Part shown: positions 28,438-38,900 of the stretch, one piece after another
How positions within the stretch are numbered: position 1 is the first letter of the stretch
Layout of the letters: each line of letters starts with the position of its first letter
DNA from: Bacteroidota bacterium
Lineage (GTDB): Bacteria > Bacteroidota > Bacteroidia > NS11-12g > UBA955
NCBI GenBank assembly: GCA_030834125.1
Contig: JAURFW010000002.1
Location: forward strand, 289 to 64,288
Direction: 5' to 3'
Length of the DNA stretch: 64,000 bases
Position numbers and translations under genes: made by a program
The notes under the pieces: generated by a model
Database searches by the model: none
What the model saw: the letters and a program-made list of their open reading frames with translations, nothing else
What the model was told of the DNA's origin: nothing

Positions 28438-29617
28438 AATTAAAGATCATTCTGGAATTAAGGGCAATCCGTTAGATAGATGTTCTCCAATTGAAGTAGG
28501 AGAGCTGATCAGTTTTTTAAAGAAAAATCCTAATTCAAAATATAGAATAGGTGCTGGATTGAGTGGAGTGAGTGGAGCTGCGGTTCCTTTGCACGATGAA
28601 TTATATATTGATTTTTCCAATTATAAAAAATTAAACTGGATCGATAAAAAATCTGGATTATTCAGCGCTTTTTCAGGTAATACCATGTTTGAAATAAAAA
28701 ACTTTGTGGAAAAAGAGGGTTGGGATTTCCCAATTATGCCTGGAAGTTTTGAGAAAGCAACTATTGGTGGTATGATTGCTTGTAATGGAGGGGGGCTGTT
28801 CTCTTTGAGGTATGGTAAAATTGGAAACTTTGTTCGGGAAATTGATATAGTAACTTGTTCAGGAGATAAAATGAAATTTGGTTCACAATGCAGTAAAATA
28901 TCGGAAGGACCGGATTTCTCAAAACTACTCATCGGATCTGAAGGGAGTCTCGGATTTTTAGATAAGATTACTTTACAATGTACACGATTACCCGCAATTG
29001 ATCTTTATCGAATTTCTTCAACTTCTTTTTCCAAACTTTCTGCATCTGTATGTGATTTTTTAAAGTATAATCCCATTTATTTGGAAATGGCTGAGCAAGA
29101 TGCATTGCGCTTCAGTTCAGGGGCAAATGAATCAGTTATTTGGCTTGGTTTGCAAAAAGGGATGCGGTTTTCACCTGGAAATTCAAAATTTAAAATTGAA
29201 AATATACCTCCACAAAATATAAATGAGCGTTTGGATATTGGCCGAAATTTACAGAAATATAAAAAGTTTATTGATTTAGATATAAGTTTTCCGGTTGCCC
29301 ACAGTTCAGAAATTCTTACAGAGCTTAAATTTCTTTTAAATAATTATAATGTTGAATCAATCTTTTTTGGCCACGCTGGTGATGGTAACTGGCATATTCA
29401 TATATTCTATGATAATCTCAATCCTTTTAATGAACTAATGAGTTCCGAATTCGATTTAATTCTTTTAAAATACGGAGGGCATATTAGTGGAGAACACGGC
29501 ATTGGAAGAATTCATAAAAATAGATTCATCAAATTTAAGGATGAAGGATATCAAAATCTGTATGGTGTATTTAAAAAATATCTCGATCCGAAAAATCAAT
29601 TACCCTCAATTTTCTGA
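28430..29617 (+). CDS. FAD-linked 2-hydroxyacid oxidoreductase (GlcD/D-lactate dehydrogenase family)
   Basis: GAGLSGVSGAA, ATIGGMIACNGGG..RYG, LIGSEGSLG, GHAGDGNWH, GGHISGEHGIG. Confidence 0.9.
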   Translation: MTEIKDHSGIKGNPLDRCSPIEVGELISFLKKNPNSKYRIGAGLSGVSGAAVPLHDELYIDFSNYKKLNWIDKKSGLFSAFSGNTMFEIKNFVEKEGWDFPIMPGSFEKATIGGMIACNGGGLFSLRYGKIGNFVREIDIVTCSGDKMKFGSQCSKISEGPDFSKLLIGSEGSLGFLDKITLQCTRLPAIDLYRISSTSFSKLSASVCDFLKYNPIYLEMAEQDALRFSSGANESVIWLGLQKGMRFSPGNSKFKIENIPPQNINERLDIGRNLQKYKKFIDLDISFPVAHSSEILTELKFLLNNYNVESIFFGHAGDGNWHIHIFYDNLNPFNELMSSEFDLILLKYGGHISGEHGIGRIHKNRFIKFKDEGYQNLYGVFKKYLDPKNQLPSIF

Positions 29618-30231
29618 TGAATAATTTTATCCTTTTAGAGTTTGATCATATATCAAGATTTGATTATTCAGAATTGTCTAAATTCAGTGACGATTGGTGT
29701 GAAAGTATAAAAGAACCTAAACGAAGAATGGAAAGCCAGTTGGCGAGATTATTATTAAATAAAAGTTGTATTGAACTTTTAAATAAAAATCTGAGCCAGT
29801 GTGCATTCAAAAAAGATAAATTGGGTAAGCCGTTTCTTGAGAATTATCCGAAATACCATATTTCAATTTCTCATTGCAATGGATATGTTTGGACTGGAAT
29901 TTCAAACTCACCAATTGGAATTGATTTTGAAAAGATTGAATTAGAATGTATAGAGGATTTACGAATAGCATTTGATAATGAAGACTGGCAGAATATTTCC
30001 CATAATCCGGAATTGATTTTTGAATATTTTTCTCTCAAAGAATCATATTTAAAAATGTTGGGTATTGGGTTTACAAAAGAGCCATCGGAGATAAGAAATT
30101 ATACACTAAAAGATAACATTTATTCAGAACTATTTGATACCTCAAATCAGAAATTTATTTTTACTTTGATAATAAAAAATTTTAAACCTAGCCATTATAT
30201 TAAATCCAACCAAATATTCTCAAAATTATAA
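29617..30231 (+). CDS. Sfp-type 4'-phosphopantetheinyl transferase
   Basis: GKPFL, ISISH, IGIDFE, FSLKESYLKMLGIGF. Confidence 0.92.
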   Translation: MNNFILLEFDHISRFDYSELSKFSDDWCESIKEPKRRMESQLARLLLNKSCIELLNKNLSQCAFKKDKLGKPFLENYPKYHISISHCNGYVWTGISNSPIGIDFEKIELECIEDLRIAFDNEDWQNISHNPELIFEYFSLKESYLKMLGIGFTKEPSEIRNYTLKDNIYSELFDTSNQKFIFTLIIKNFKPSHYIKSNQIFSKL

Positions 30232-30232
30232 A

Positions 30233-30997
30233 ATGAACAATAATAACCTTAAGGATTATTTAGAGAGAGGATTTGTATTTTTTGATAATTATACCGTTAC
30301 CATAACGGAAGATCTTGAAAACAAAATTACGGGATCAGCACATTCGGTTAAGTTTTATGAATCTGATGGTGAAACTATCAGATCCTTTTATGGGTTTCAT
30401 AGGGATACCCATATCAAGGAATGGATTCAGCTACAAAAGCCGATACAAGAAATTTGTAAAAAAATATATCCAAATGAAGATATTTATATTCATCAGTCAA
30501 AAGTAAATATCAAAAACACCATAGAAAGTTCAGTTTGGCCATTTCATCGTGATTTCCCATTTTGGAATGTTTTTGATGGTATTGCTGATAATAGGCTGTT
30601 GAATGTAGTAATATTTATGGATGATGTAAATGAAGATAATGGCGCATTAAGTTTTATACCAGGGAGCCAAAAGTACTTTCTTGAAAGGGAAAAAGAATTT
30701 GCAAAACAGGGCTACAGTTTGGAAGGTTCGGCTTCGAATAATTTAAATTTTGATTTTAATCAATATGAAGTTGAAGCATTCAAACTTAAATTTGGAAATG
30801 AACTAATAACTGGTCCTAAAGGGTCGATTGTAATATTTAACCCAAATTTAGTGCACGGATCATCTTTTTCGACTCAAGATTTTAGCAGAAAATTAATGTT
30901 ACTCACTATTAATGTTTGTACCAATAAGCCTAAAATTCCAGCTATCCGCCCCGATTATTTATGTTCAACAGACTTTTCCCCGATAAAGTGGAATTAA
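30233..30997 (+). CDS. PhyH/EctD-family Fe(II)/2-oxoglutarate dioxygenase, proline 4-hydroxylase-like
   Basis: YIHQSKVNIK, WPFHRD (HxD), NGALSFIPGS, LVHGS, RPDYL; N-terminal ESDGETIRSFYGFHR resembles actinobacterial proline trans-4-hydroxylase. Confidence 0.82.
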   Translation: MNNNNLKDYLERGFVFFDNYTVTITEDLENKITGSAHSVKFYESDGETIRSFYGFHRDTHIKEWIQLQKPIQEICKKIYPNEDIYIHQSKVNIKNTIESSVWPFHRDFPFWNVFDGIADNRLLNVVIFMDDVNEDNGALSFIPGSQKYFLEREKEFAKQGYSLEGSASNNLNFDFNQYEVEAFKLKFGNELITGPKGSIVIFNPNLVHGSSFSTQDFSRKLMLLTINVCTNKPKIPAIRPDYLCSTDFSPIKWN

Positions 30998-31002
30998 AAG
31001 AA

Positions 31003-34000
31003 ATGAATCATAAAGAATATTGGTTAGCCTATTTGGAAATGATTCCAAAATTTTCATATGAATCCTTTTACACTGAAGAGCAAATAACAGAAAATATAGT
31101 GCTACCTGAAAGTTTGTCTAGATTATCTAAAATGAATAGTCACAACGCACAACTTTTACTAGCCGTAAGTATTTCAAAGTTGTTTAGTTTAAAAAATATT
31201 TTTGAAAACGTTTCTATAGAATTAGTTAACCAATATATTCCACTTCCAGATTGCAACGAACAAATTCTGAGTGATGCAGCCAAGAATGTTTTGACTAATT
31301 TTCGGCAACATTTAAATAATTTACCGGCAATTGAATTTCAGCCTTCATTAATAAACTTCTATCAACACGAGGCTAACAGGAAATCATTAATTAATTTCAA
31401 AATTGATGAATCCTTGAGCAAGTTGCAAGTGTTGATGCCGTCCAATTTTAAAACATTCGTAAATCTACTTTTCAAAGAAACATTCGATTTACTCGAAACC
31501 ATAGGAACCAATAAAGGAATTTCATTTTCTGATACACTCTTAAAGGAGTTTAATGGGATAAGCAGAAATAAGCTGCCAGAAATAGTTGAAAAATGCTGGC
31601 CAGAGATTCATGATTTCCCTTTAAAGCCCGAATTAAGTTACCTTGAAAATGGCGGAGATTCTATACAGGCAATTCGGTTACTTTCAAGGTTGCAGCGTGA
31701 TGGTTATTTTTCTGATCTCAGTAGCCTTATTAATTCAAAAAGTATTTTGGATTGGAAAATTGAATATCGAGGCGTTAGTAATTTATTACCAGATTCTAAT
31801 TTACGGACTTATCCACTTTCTGCAACTCAGAAATTAATTTGGGAAGATTGGTCTTCCTTAAACCAATTACATATTTACCATGAGCAGTTTCTTTTCAAAT
31901 TAGACAAATGTCCAACTTATGAAGTTATAAAATCTGCTTATGAATATATTTGGCAAAAATATCCGCAATTAAGGGTCAATATAGATTATGAAGAAAATGG
32001 CTTTATACAAATTGTCCAGGAGTCTAAAGCCGATTTTAGGATTATAAAAGGGAAGGGGATAGATGAGATTTTACAAGCTGATTTATCTGAACCTTTTGGA
32101 AAAATCCTGATGCGCTGTACTTTCATTGATTTAGATAAAGATAAATACATACTTTGGTCTCATCATCATGTTCTTCTTGATGGTTGGAGTGTAGGTAAAC
32201 TAATTGCTGAATTTATTGAAATTATTGAACGGGGAATACCAAAATTGACTATTTCACCAAACTATCAGCAGATTTTGCTAGGTAAAGAGAATTTAATAGC
32301 TAATGAAAATGAAACTGCATATTGGGAGAGTTTTTTCAATAATAGATCAGCTCTGGCACTTCCAAAAAAATCAGCAGAAAAGGGTGAATATGAAACGTTT
32401 ATTGCAAAATTAGATAATATTGAAAATTTCCGAAGTGCTTCGGAAAAGGCAGCGGTTAGTCTTCAGAGCTATCTGCTGACACATTTTTTTCTGACAGTTT
32501 TTAGTATTAATGGAAAAAATAATACTTATTTACATAGTATATCTTCCGGAAGAAGTTTAATTCCGGAATACGCAGAAGAAGCTGTTGGCCTATTTATTAG
32601 AAACATAATTCCAGGTTTTGAAATCAAAGAAGACGATACTATACTGAGTCTTCTCCAAAATTTTCACAAAGATTTTATCAAGACGGTTGAAATGGAATTT
32701 ACTTCACCGGAATTAATAAATTCTTATCAAGAAGAGCGTCCCGATGTGCTTTTTGTTTTTGAAAACTACCCGTATCAAACTATTAAAGGCGATAAAATAA
32801 GCGGTGAATTAATTGATAATCATGAATTAACAGGCTATCCATTTAGTTTTCTAATTATGCCTCAGGATGATTGTCTAAATATAAAAATCATTTATGATAG
32901 TGGAAGATTTAGTTCAGAGTTTATTTCTACTTTCTACCATAAGTTTAGCTCACTGCTATTACATTTTAAAGCCAATCTGAACGATAAAGTTTATCAATTG
33001 GAAGATAGCCTCAATAAACTATCCATAATCAATGATAAGTTTCCATTTTGGTATGATGAGATTATTCGTAAAACGTCAAAATCAAAAAATCAAATTAGCA
33101 GTTCTAGGAGCGAAGAAAAAATTGCTTTCAATAAGATAGAAAATCTTGCTGCCAGTTTCAGTAATTATTTTAAAGATTTGCAAAAGGGCAATCGAATTGC
33201 TGTTTTTGGCGAAAAGAATGAAAAATTACCAGCAATAGCATATTCTATTATGCGAAATGGTTTTGTATATCTGCCCATTAATATTTCATGGCCTTTAGAC
33301 AGAATTAGTAAAACACTTAAACTTGCTGAATGCAGTCATATAATTATCACGGATGATTCTCCTTCATTGGAATTGCCTGATTACTTGACCATTCATAAAG
33401 ATGTTTTTAGTATAGAATCTGATATTTCAATAAATTATCGACCTGAATTGGATGATGAAGCATATTTGCTTTTTACATCAGGATCAAGTGGCATGCCAAA
33501 GGGGGTAAGCCTTAGCCATAAAAATCTATCCTCATTTCTAGATGCTTGTACTGAATATTGTGACCCAAACAATTATGAATTAATTTTTAGTTTTACTAAT
33601 ATCGGTTTTGACCTCTCAATTTTTGAAAATTTATATGGATTGTATTCCGATAAGTCAATTCATGTCATTCATAAACCAATTCATTTGTGGGAAGAATTAC
33701 AAAAGTTTAATGGAATATTGCTAAATACAGTACCTTCTGTAATTATTAATCTGAAAAGGGAAGAAATAAAAAATATTTCTGTTTTACATACAGCAGGAGA
33801 ACCTTTTAGAAATTCTGCCTGGGAACTTTTAAAAGAAGGAAATCCAAACATAAAAATTTTCAATTGGTATGGACCTACTGAAACAACTACTTATTCCACG
33901 TGTGTAGATTTAAGTGATGCATACTCAGCTTCTATCGGTAAAGCTCTTAAACACGAACTTATATTTATAACCGATGCATTGGGACTTAAACAAATGGATG

Positions 34001-35937
34001 GATTGGATGGAGAAATAATTATTGGTGGAGAAGGTGTTGGAAGATATTTAATTAATGAAAATGAGAAATTCCTTTGCAAATCGGAACTCAATTTTTACCG
34101 AACTGGAGATAGAGCCTTAAGAAAAAATGGACAAATTTATCTGAGGGGTAGAGAAGATCGCCAAGTGAAAAGATTAGGCCAAAGATTCGAACTTTCAGAA
34201 ATTGAACTTTGGATTATAGCCAATTATAATCAAATAAAAAGAGTGTATTACTACAAAAGTAAAGATGAACAATTTTTACTTTTTCTTGAGACAGAAGTGC
34301 TAAAAGAAGCAGAAATAAAAACAGCACTTAGTAATCAATTTCCGGATTATATGTTACCAGAATTGATTAAAATAATGCCATCATTCCCTGAAAATGATAA
34401 TGGGAAAATGGATATCGGACAAATGTTGAAATCAATTGACAAGATTGATAATGCGGCCAAATCAGACTCTAAATTGCTTGCCTCTTTGAAGCAAAAAGAT
34501 GGTCTTTTCAAATCATTGAATGGTAACTTAAGTTTTACATCACAAGGAGGGGATTCAATCTTAGGGCTTAGAATCATAAGCAAATTGAAAAAAATGGGCT
34601 ATCGAATTGAGATTTCAGACCTACTAAATGCTGAAAGTCTTAATGAATGTTTCAGTAAACTTAGAATTGAAGAAATAACTACATCTTCTATTACAGAAGA
34701 TTTAGTTTTATTAAGCCCTATTCAGAAGTGGTTCAAGGAAGATTACAAAGGAAATCTAAATCATTTTAATCAAAGTGTTTTGCTTGAGCTTTTCATCCCA
34801 TTAAGTACCGAAGAGATTTTTACAAAGGTTAAAATTTGTTTCAATTCAATAGATCTTTTAAAAAGAAGTTTTAATAGTAAATGGGAAGAAGCCCAATCTC
34901 CAATTTTTCAAATTATTAATATTCAAGATCATACAGATATAACTGCTCATTGTGAAATACTTCAAAGATCTTTCAATTTGATCGATGGCCCCGTTGCTGC
35001 AATTGCCATTTTTAAAAGTCCTAATAGTGTTTTCCTTTTTATTAGTATACATCATTTTTACTGTGATGGAATCACTTGGAGGATTTTGATGGATCGTTTA
35101 CAAGATTCACTTACAGGAATCGAAAGTAGTCAAACTGATATTCAGGTTTTCGGAAGGGTCCAAGCAGCATGTAGAGATTTTGGTCAATTAGATGAAAAAG
35201 ACAATTATTATCCCAATATAATTTCCAATCCATTTCAGAATTTACAAGTTTGTTCGTACAAACAGTCAGAATTTAGAAACATTGAGTGGAACGCAAATCG
35301 AAGCAATCATTTTTTAAAAAATTGGAATAAAGAACATACTGTAAATGAAAAATTTGTGAGCTTTTTTCTACATAGTTGGTTAAGAGCTAAACAACCAAAA
35401 ACCGCAATTTTTTTAGAAACTCACGGTAGACAATATTCGGGAATTCCGGAAATTACAGAATCTATTGGTTGGTTTACCCAGTTTTATATGTTGAGCGAAA
35501 ATGACTATCCTTCACAAAAAAATGAAATCAATCATTACGTTAAGCAAAGTTTCTCGAAACTACCAAATAATGGTCTAGGCTATATGGGCATGAGTAATTG
35601 GCAAACCCCCCCATTCCCTATTTTACTAAATTTCCTAGGCAGTTTTGATGAAAACTGGAATTCTATGGCAAGACCGGTAAATTTTGATGAAAGTAATCAA
35701 GTCGATCCCGATAATCCTATGTTAGCTTTTGTTGAAATAAATGGAATTATACTCGAAGGAAAAATAAGATGGATGTTTAGAACTCATCCTGAAGTCCCAA
35801 TTGATTTATTTGTTGCAGAATGGGAAAAATCAGCTATTGATTTACTTTCTAGCGATTCAGATATATACAGTAACGAGAATATTGATAAGGATGACATAGA
35901 CAAAATATCTCAAATACTCAATATTCCTGATTTATGA
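31003..35937 (+). CDS. NRPS-1: partial C-like N-terminal region - T - C - A(Ala-like) - T - E
   Basis: T GGDS at ~31651; C HHHVLLDGWS at 32161; A FTSGSSGMPKG, FDLSIFE, NWYGPTETTTY; T GGDS at ~34546; E SPIQKWF, HHFYCDGITW, ETHGR, IGWFT, PNNGLGY, LNFLG. Start 31003 avoids overlap (ORF track gives 30961). Confidence 0.93.
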   Translation: MNHKEYWLAYLEMIPKFSYESFYTEEQITENIVLPESLSRLSKMNSHNAQLLLAVSISKLFSLKNIFENVSIELVNQYIPLPDCNEQILSDAAKNVLTNFRQHLNNLPAIEFQPSLINFYQHEANRKSLINFKIDESLSKLQVLMPSNFKTFVNLLFKETFDLLETIGTNKGISFSDTLLKEFNGISRNKLPEIVEKCWPEIHDFPLKPELSYLENGGDSIQAIRLLSRLQRDGYFSDLSSLINSKSILDWKIEYRGVSNLLPDSNLRTYPLSATQKLIWEDWSSLNQLHIYHEQFLFKLDKCPTYEVIKSAYEYIWQKYPQLRVNIDYEENGFIQIVQESKADFRIIKGKGIDEILQADLSEPFGKILMRCTFIDLDKDKYILWSHHHVLLDGWSVGKLIAEFIEIIERGIPKLTISPNYQQILLGKENLIANENETAYWESFFNNRSALALPKKSAEKGEYETFIAKLDNIENFRSASEKAAVSLQSYLLTHFFLTVFSINGKNNTYLHSISSGRSLIPEYAEEAVGLFIRNIIPGFEIKEDDTILSLLQNFHKDFIKTVEMEFTSPELINSYQEERPDVLFVFENYPYQTIKGDKISGELIDNHELTGYPFSFLIMPQDDCLNIKIIYDSGRFSSEFISTFYHKFSSLLLHFKANLNDKVYQLEDSLNKLSIINDKFPFWYDEIIRKTSKSKNQISSSRSEEKIAFNKIENLAASFSNYFKDLQKGNRIAVFGEKNEKLPAIAYSIMRNGFVYLPINISWPLDRISKTLKLAECSHIIITDDSPSLELPDYLTIHKDVFSIESDISINYRPELDDEAYLLFTSGSSGMPKGVSLSHKNLSSFLDACTEYCDPNNYELIFSFTNIGFDLSIFENLYGLYSDKSIHVIHKPIHLWEELQKFNGILLNTVPSVIINLKREEIKNISVLHTAGEPFRNSAWELLKEGNPNIKIFNWYGPTETTTYSTCVDLSDAYSASIGKALKHELIFITDALGLKQMDGLDGEIIIGGEGVGRYLINENEKFLCKSELNFYRTGDRALRKNGQIYLRGREDRQVKRLGQRFELSEIELWIIANYNQIKRVYYYKSKDEQFLLFLETEVLKEAEIKTALSNQFPDYMLPELIKIMPSFPENDNGKMDIGQMLKSIDKIDNAAKSDSKLLASLKQKDGLFKSLNGNLSFTSQGGDSILGLRIISKLKKMGYRIEISDLLNAESLNECFSKLRIEEITTSSITEDLVLLSPIQKWFKEDYKGNLNHFNQSVLLELFIPLSTEEIFTKVKICFNSIDLLKRSFNSKWEEAQSPIFQIINIQDHTDITAHCEILQRSFNLIDGPVAAIAIFKSPNSVFLFISIHHFYCDGITWRILMDRLQDSLTGIESSQTDIQVFGRVQAACRDFGQLDEKDNYYPNIISNPFQNLQVCSYKQSEFRNIEWNANRSNHFLKNWNKEHTVNEKFVSFFLHSWLRAKQPKTAIFLETHGRQYSGIPEITESIGWFTQFYMLSENDYPSQKNEINHYVKQSFSKLPNNGLGYMGMSNWQTPPFPILLNFLGSFDENWNSMARPVNFDESNQVDPDNPMLAFVEINGIILEGKIRWMFRTHPEVPIDLFVAEWEKSAIDLLSSDSDIYSNENIDKDDIDKISQILNIPDL

Positions 35938-38900
35938 GAAAAGAGGATATTTTATCAATAGTTCCGTTATTACCCGCTCAGCAATATATGCTTGCTGCAT
36001 CTGTAAAAGATGGGCAATCGACCTATATTCAACAATTGGTTTTCAAGGTAAGGAATTATGACGGTAAAGCTATTGAAGAATCAATAAACAAGTTAGTTCA
36101 AAATTATGAGTGTTTTCGTTCTTTAATTCTTTTTGAAGGATTAAAACAGGCTGTTTGGGTGAGTATTAAAAATATCACTCCCAAATTCATATATCATCAA
36201 ATTAATGAAGCGGAATTGGATGAATTCTGTAAAAACAGACTTGAGCAAGGCTTTAAGTTGGATAAGGAAGTAGCTATGAAATTAGATTGGATTGAGAGCC
36301 AATCAGATAATTACCTTCTCATCACATATCATCATCTTCTATTTGACGGTTGGGGGCGTCAAAAAATTTTGAGTGAGGTGCTTTTTGCGCTTAAATTTCC
36401 CAGAGCCTCCATTAAGCCAAAACTGAATATTAATTGGTATGAAGCATGGAAACAACTCAATCATAATGAGGCTTTAAATGCATATAATACCTACCTAACA
36501 AGGTTTGATACTTTTGCAAGTCTTACACAACTAGGCCAAGGTCAAAATAAAAACTGCACACATTCCATCTCAATTGAGGAGATTCAAATTTCGAAAGCCG
36601 CAAGAAATCTAAATTTAACTCAGGCGGAATATGTTCTTTTTTCATGGGCTTGCTTTATTTCAAAATGGACAAATACAAGCAAAGTGCAATTGGGACAAAT
36701 TAAACAAAATGGCCTGATTGATAGTTGCAGAGATGGTTTTGGTCTGGGTATTCAAACCCTCCCATTTCAATTGGATATTGACTTTAATGTTACTATTGCA
36801 GAAACATTAAAAGTATTCAAACAAAGAGAGCGCAAACTAACAGATTACAGCTTTGTTGATACTACCAATGAAATTTTCCAACAGATTACTTACGATTTCA
36901 TTATTGCCTTTGAAAATTATCCAATAGAAAATTCATTGGTTGATTTTGAACATGATTTTATATTAATAAAAAATTATGATTTCTCTGAATTTCCACTCAG
37001 TTTGGCTATTAGTCCAAATAATGGAAAATTAATTTTTGACTGGCATTATAATCAAAAACAATATTGTCAAAGACAGATTGAAACGGTTGCTAAACATTTT
37101 ATTGAGTGCCTTGAAAAATTGCCGGTGAATATTGATTCTAGACTATGCAATTTGCGATTTTGGGAACCGAAACCTATACCACAATTCAAAATTAAAACAT
37201 CTCAAGAAGATTTTTTTTCAAGGATTGAGAAACATATTATTCAGGGGGGAAGAGAAGAACTCTACATTCAGCTCAAGAAATATTTTCAAAAATATAATAT
37301 AAATAGAGTTTGGATTATTGGTGACAAGCATAGCAATTCAGATTTACTCATATGTGCAGCTTGGTATTGCAAAATTGAAGTTTTAAGTCTTAATGAAAAA
37401 GAGTCCGCAGCATTCGTAATGCACCTTCATGATGAGTATTCCGCTGATCTGATTTTTACAAATGTCTCACCTTCTAGTTTTCCAAAAGCCATTTCAATGG
37501 ATTGTTTGGATAACCTACCAGAAAATCCGAATTCGAAATTATCAAAAAAATCGGATGTGGCACTTTCTATTTGTACTTCAGGATCAACAGGTAGGCCAAA
37601 GGTAGTTCAACTGAATTTAGAAAATTTAATTGCTTTTTTTGAAGCATGGGAAAAGAAATTACCTTGGAAATCAAACGAAGTTTTTGCTTCAATCGCGCAC
37701 CCTGCCTTTGATATTGGAGTAGCCGAACTTATTTTCCCACTATGGAAAGGTTTTCAAACAAAACTTATTTCAAAGGAGACGTTGTCAGATCCTATATTGC
37801 TAAATAGAGAATTACATGATGTAACAGCCTTTCATATGGTTCCTTCTTTGCTTGAGAACTGGATAGAAAATTCTCCGGCAGATAATAAAAATAGAATTGT
37901 GATGACAGGGGGGGATAAAGTGCCTTCGAATTTGCAATCTAAACTATCAAAGAAATTTCCAAACGTTCGACTATTTCAATTTTACGGGCCATCGGAATGT
38001 TCAGTTTTATCTTCTGGATTTGAAAATACAGGAGATTTTGAAAATCACTTTTCTCCTTTAGGTACAAATTTTGATCACTGCGAACTTTTTGTTTTTTCAA
38101 AAGATATTAATCAGTCTGCCCCTTTTCAAGAGGGAGAAATAATTGTTTGTGGTCCAGCTGTTGGTTTGGGTTATGCTTTCGATAATGAGGATAATAAGTT
38201 TTTCTATTACAAAGGGCAAAAGGCCTACAGGACAGGAGATTTCGGATTTTTTGATGAAAATGGGAACTTGTTTTTCAGAGGCAGAAAAGATAATCAAATA
38301 AAAATCAATGGTCAGCGAATTGAACTTTCCAGGATTGAAACTGCTTTATCAGAATGGTCGTCAATTGAACATTGGGTTACTGTCAGTGATGGATTTAAAC
38401 TTTTTGCATTTGCCAAATCTGAAAAATCAAAGATTGAGAAACGTAGACAGGATTTACAAAATTGGTTGCCTTTTTATGCAATGCCGCATTTAATCCACTA
38501 TGTGAATGAATTTCCACTCAATAAGAATGGCAAATTAGACCGGCAACAATTAATTGAGTTAGGTAAAAAATTAGTTAATGTAAATATAGATTCAGCAATA
38601 GATGCTGATATTGATTTGTTATTCAAGGAACTTTTTCCAAATAGAGTTATAAATACAGCACTTTCTTGGTATGCTAATGGATTAAACTCGATAGATGCTC
38701 TTAAATTTTCTGGTTTGCTTAAGTCAAAACTGAAATTTACTATTGAAATAAATCAAATCCTTAGTATTGAAAGACTCACATCATTGAATTCATTAAAAAT
38801 TAAAGTTAATGATGAACCAGAAGAAATCACTATCAAGCCAGGTCAGGAGCTTTATTCAACAGCTGCAAGGATTGTATTTCTATCGGAATCAGATGATCAA

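Noticed and set aside
30961..31002. NRPS-1 N-terminal extension from ATG 30961
   Set aside because: Would overlap the dioxygenase gene by 37 nt; ATG 31003, 5 nt after its stop, fits the operon spacing better
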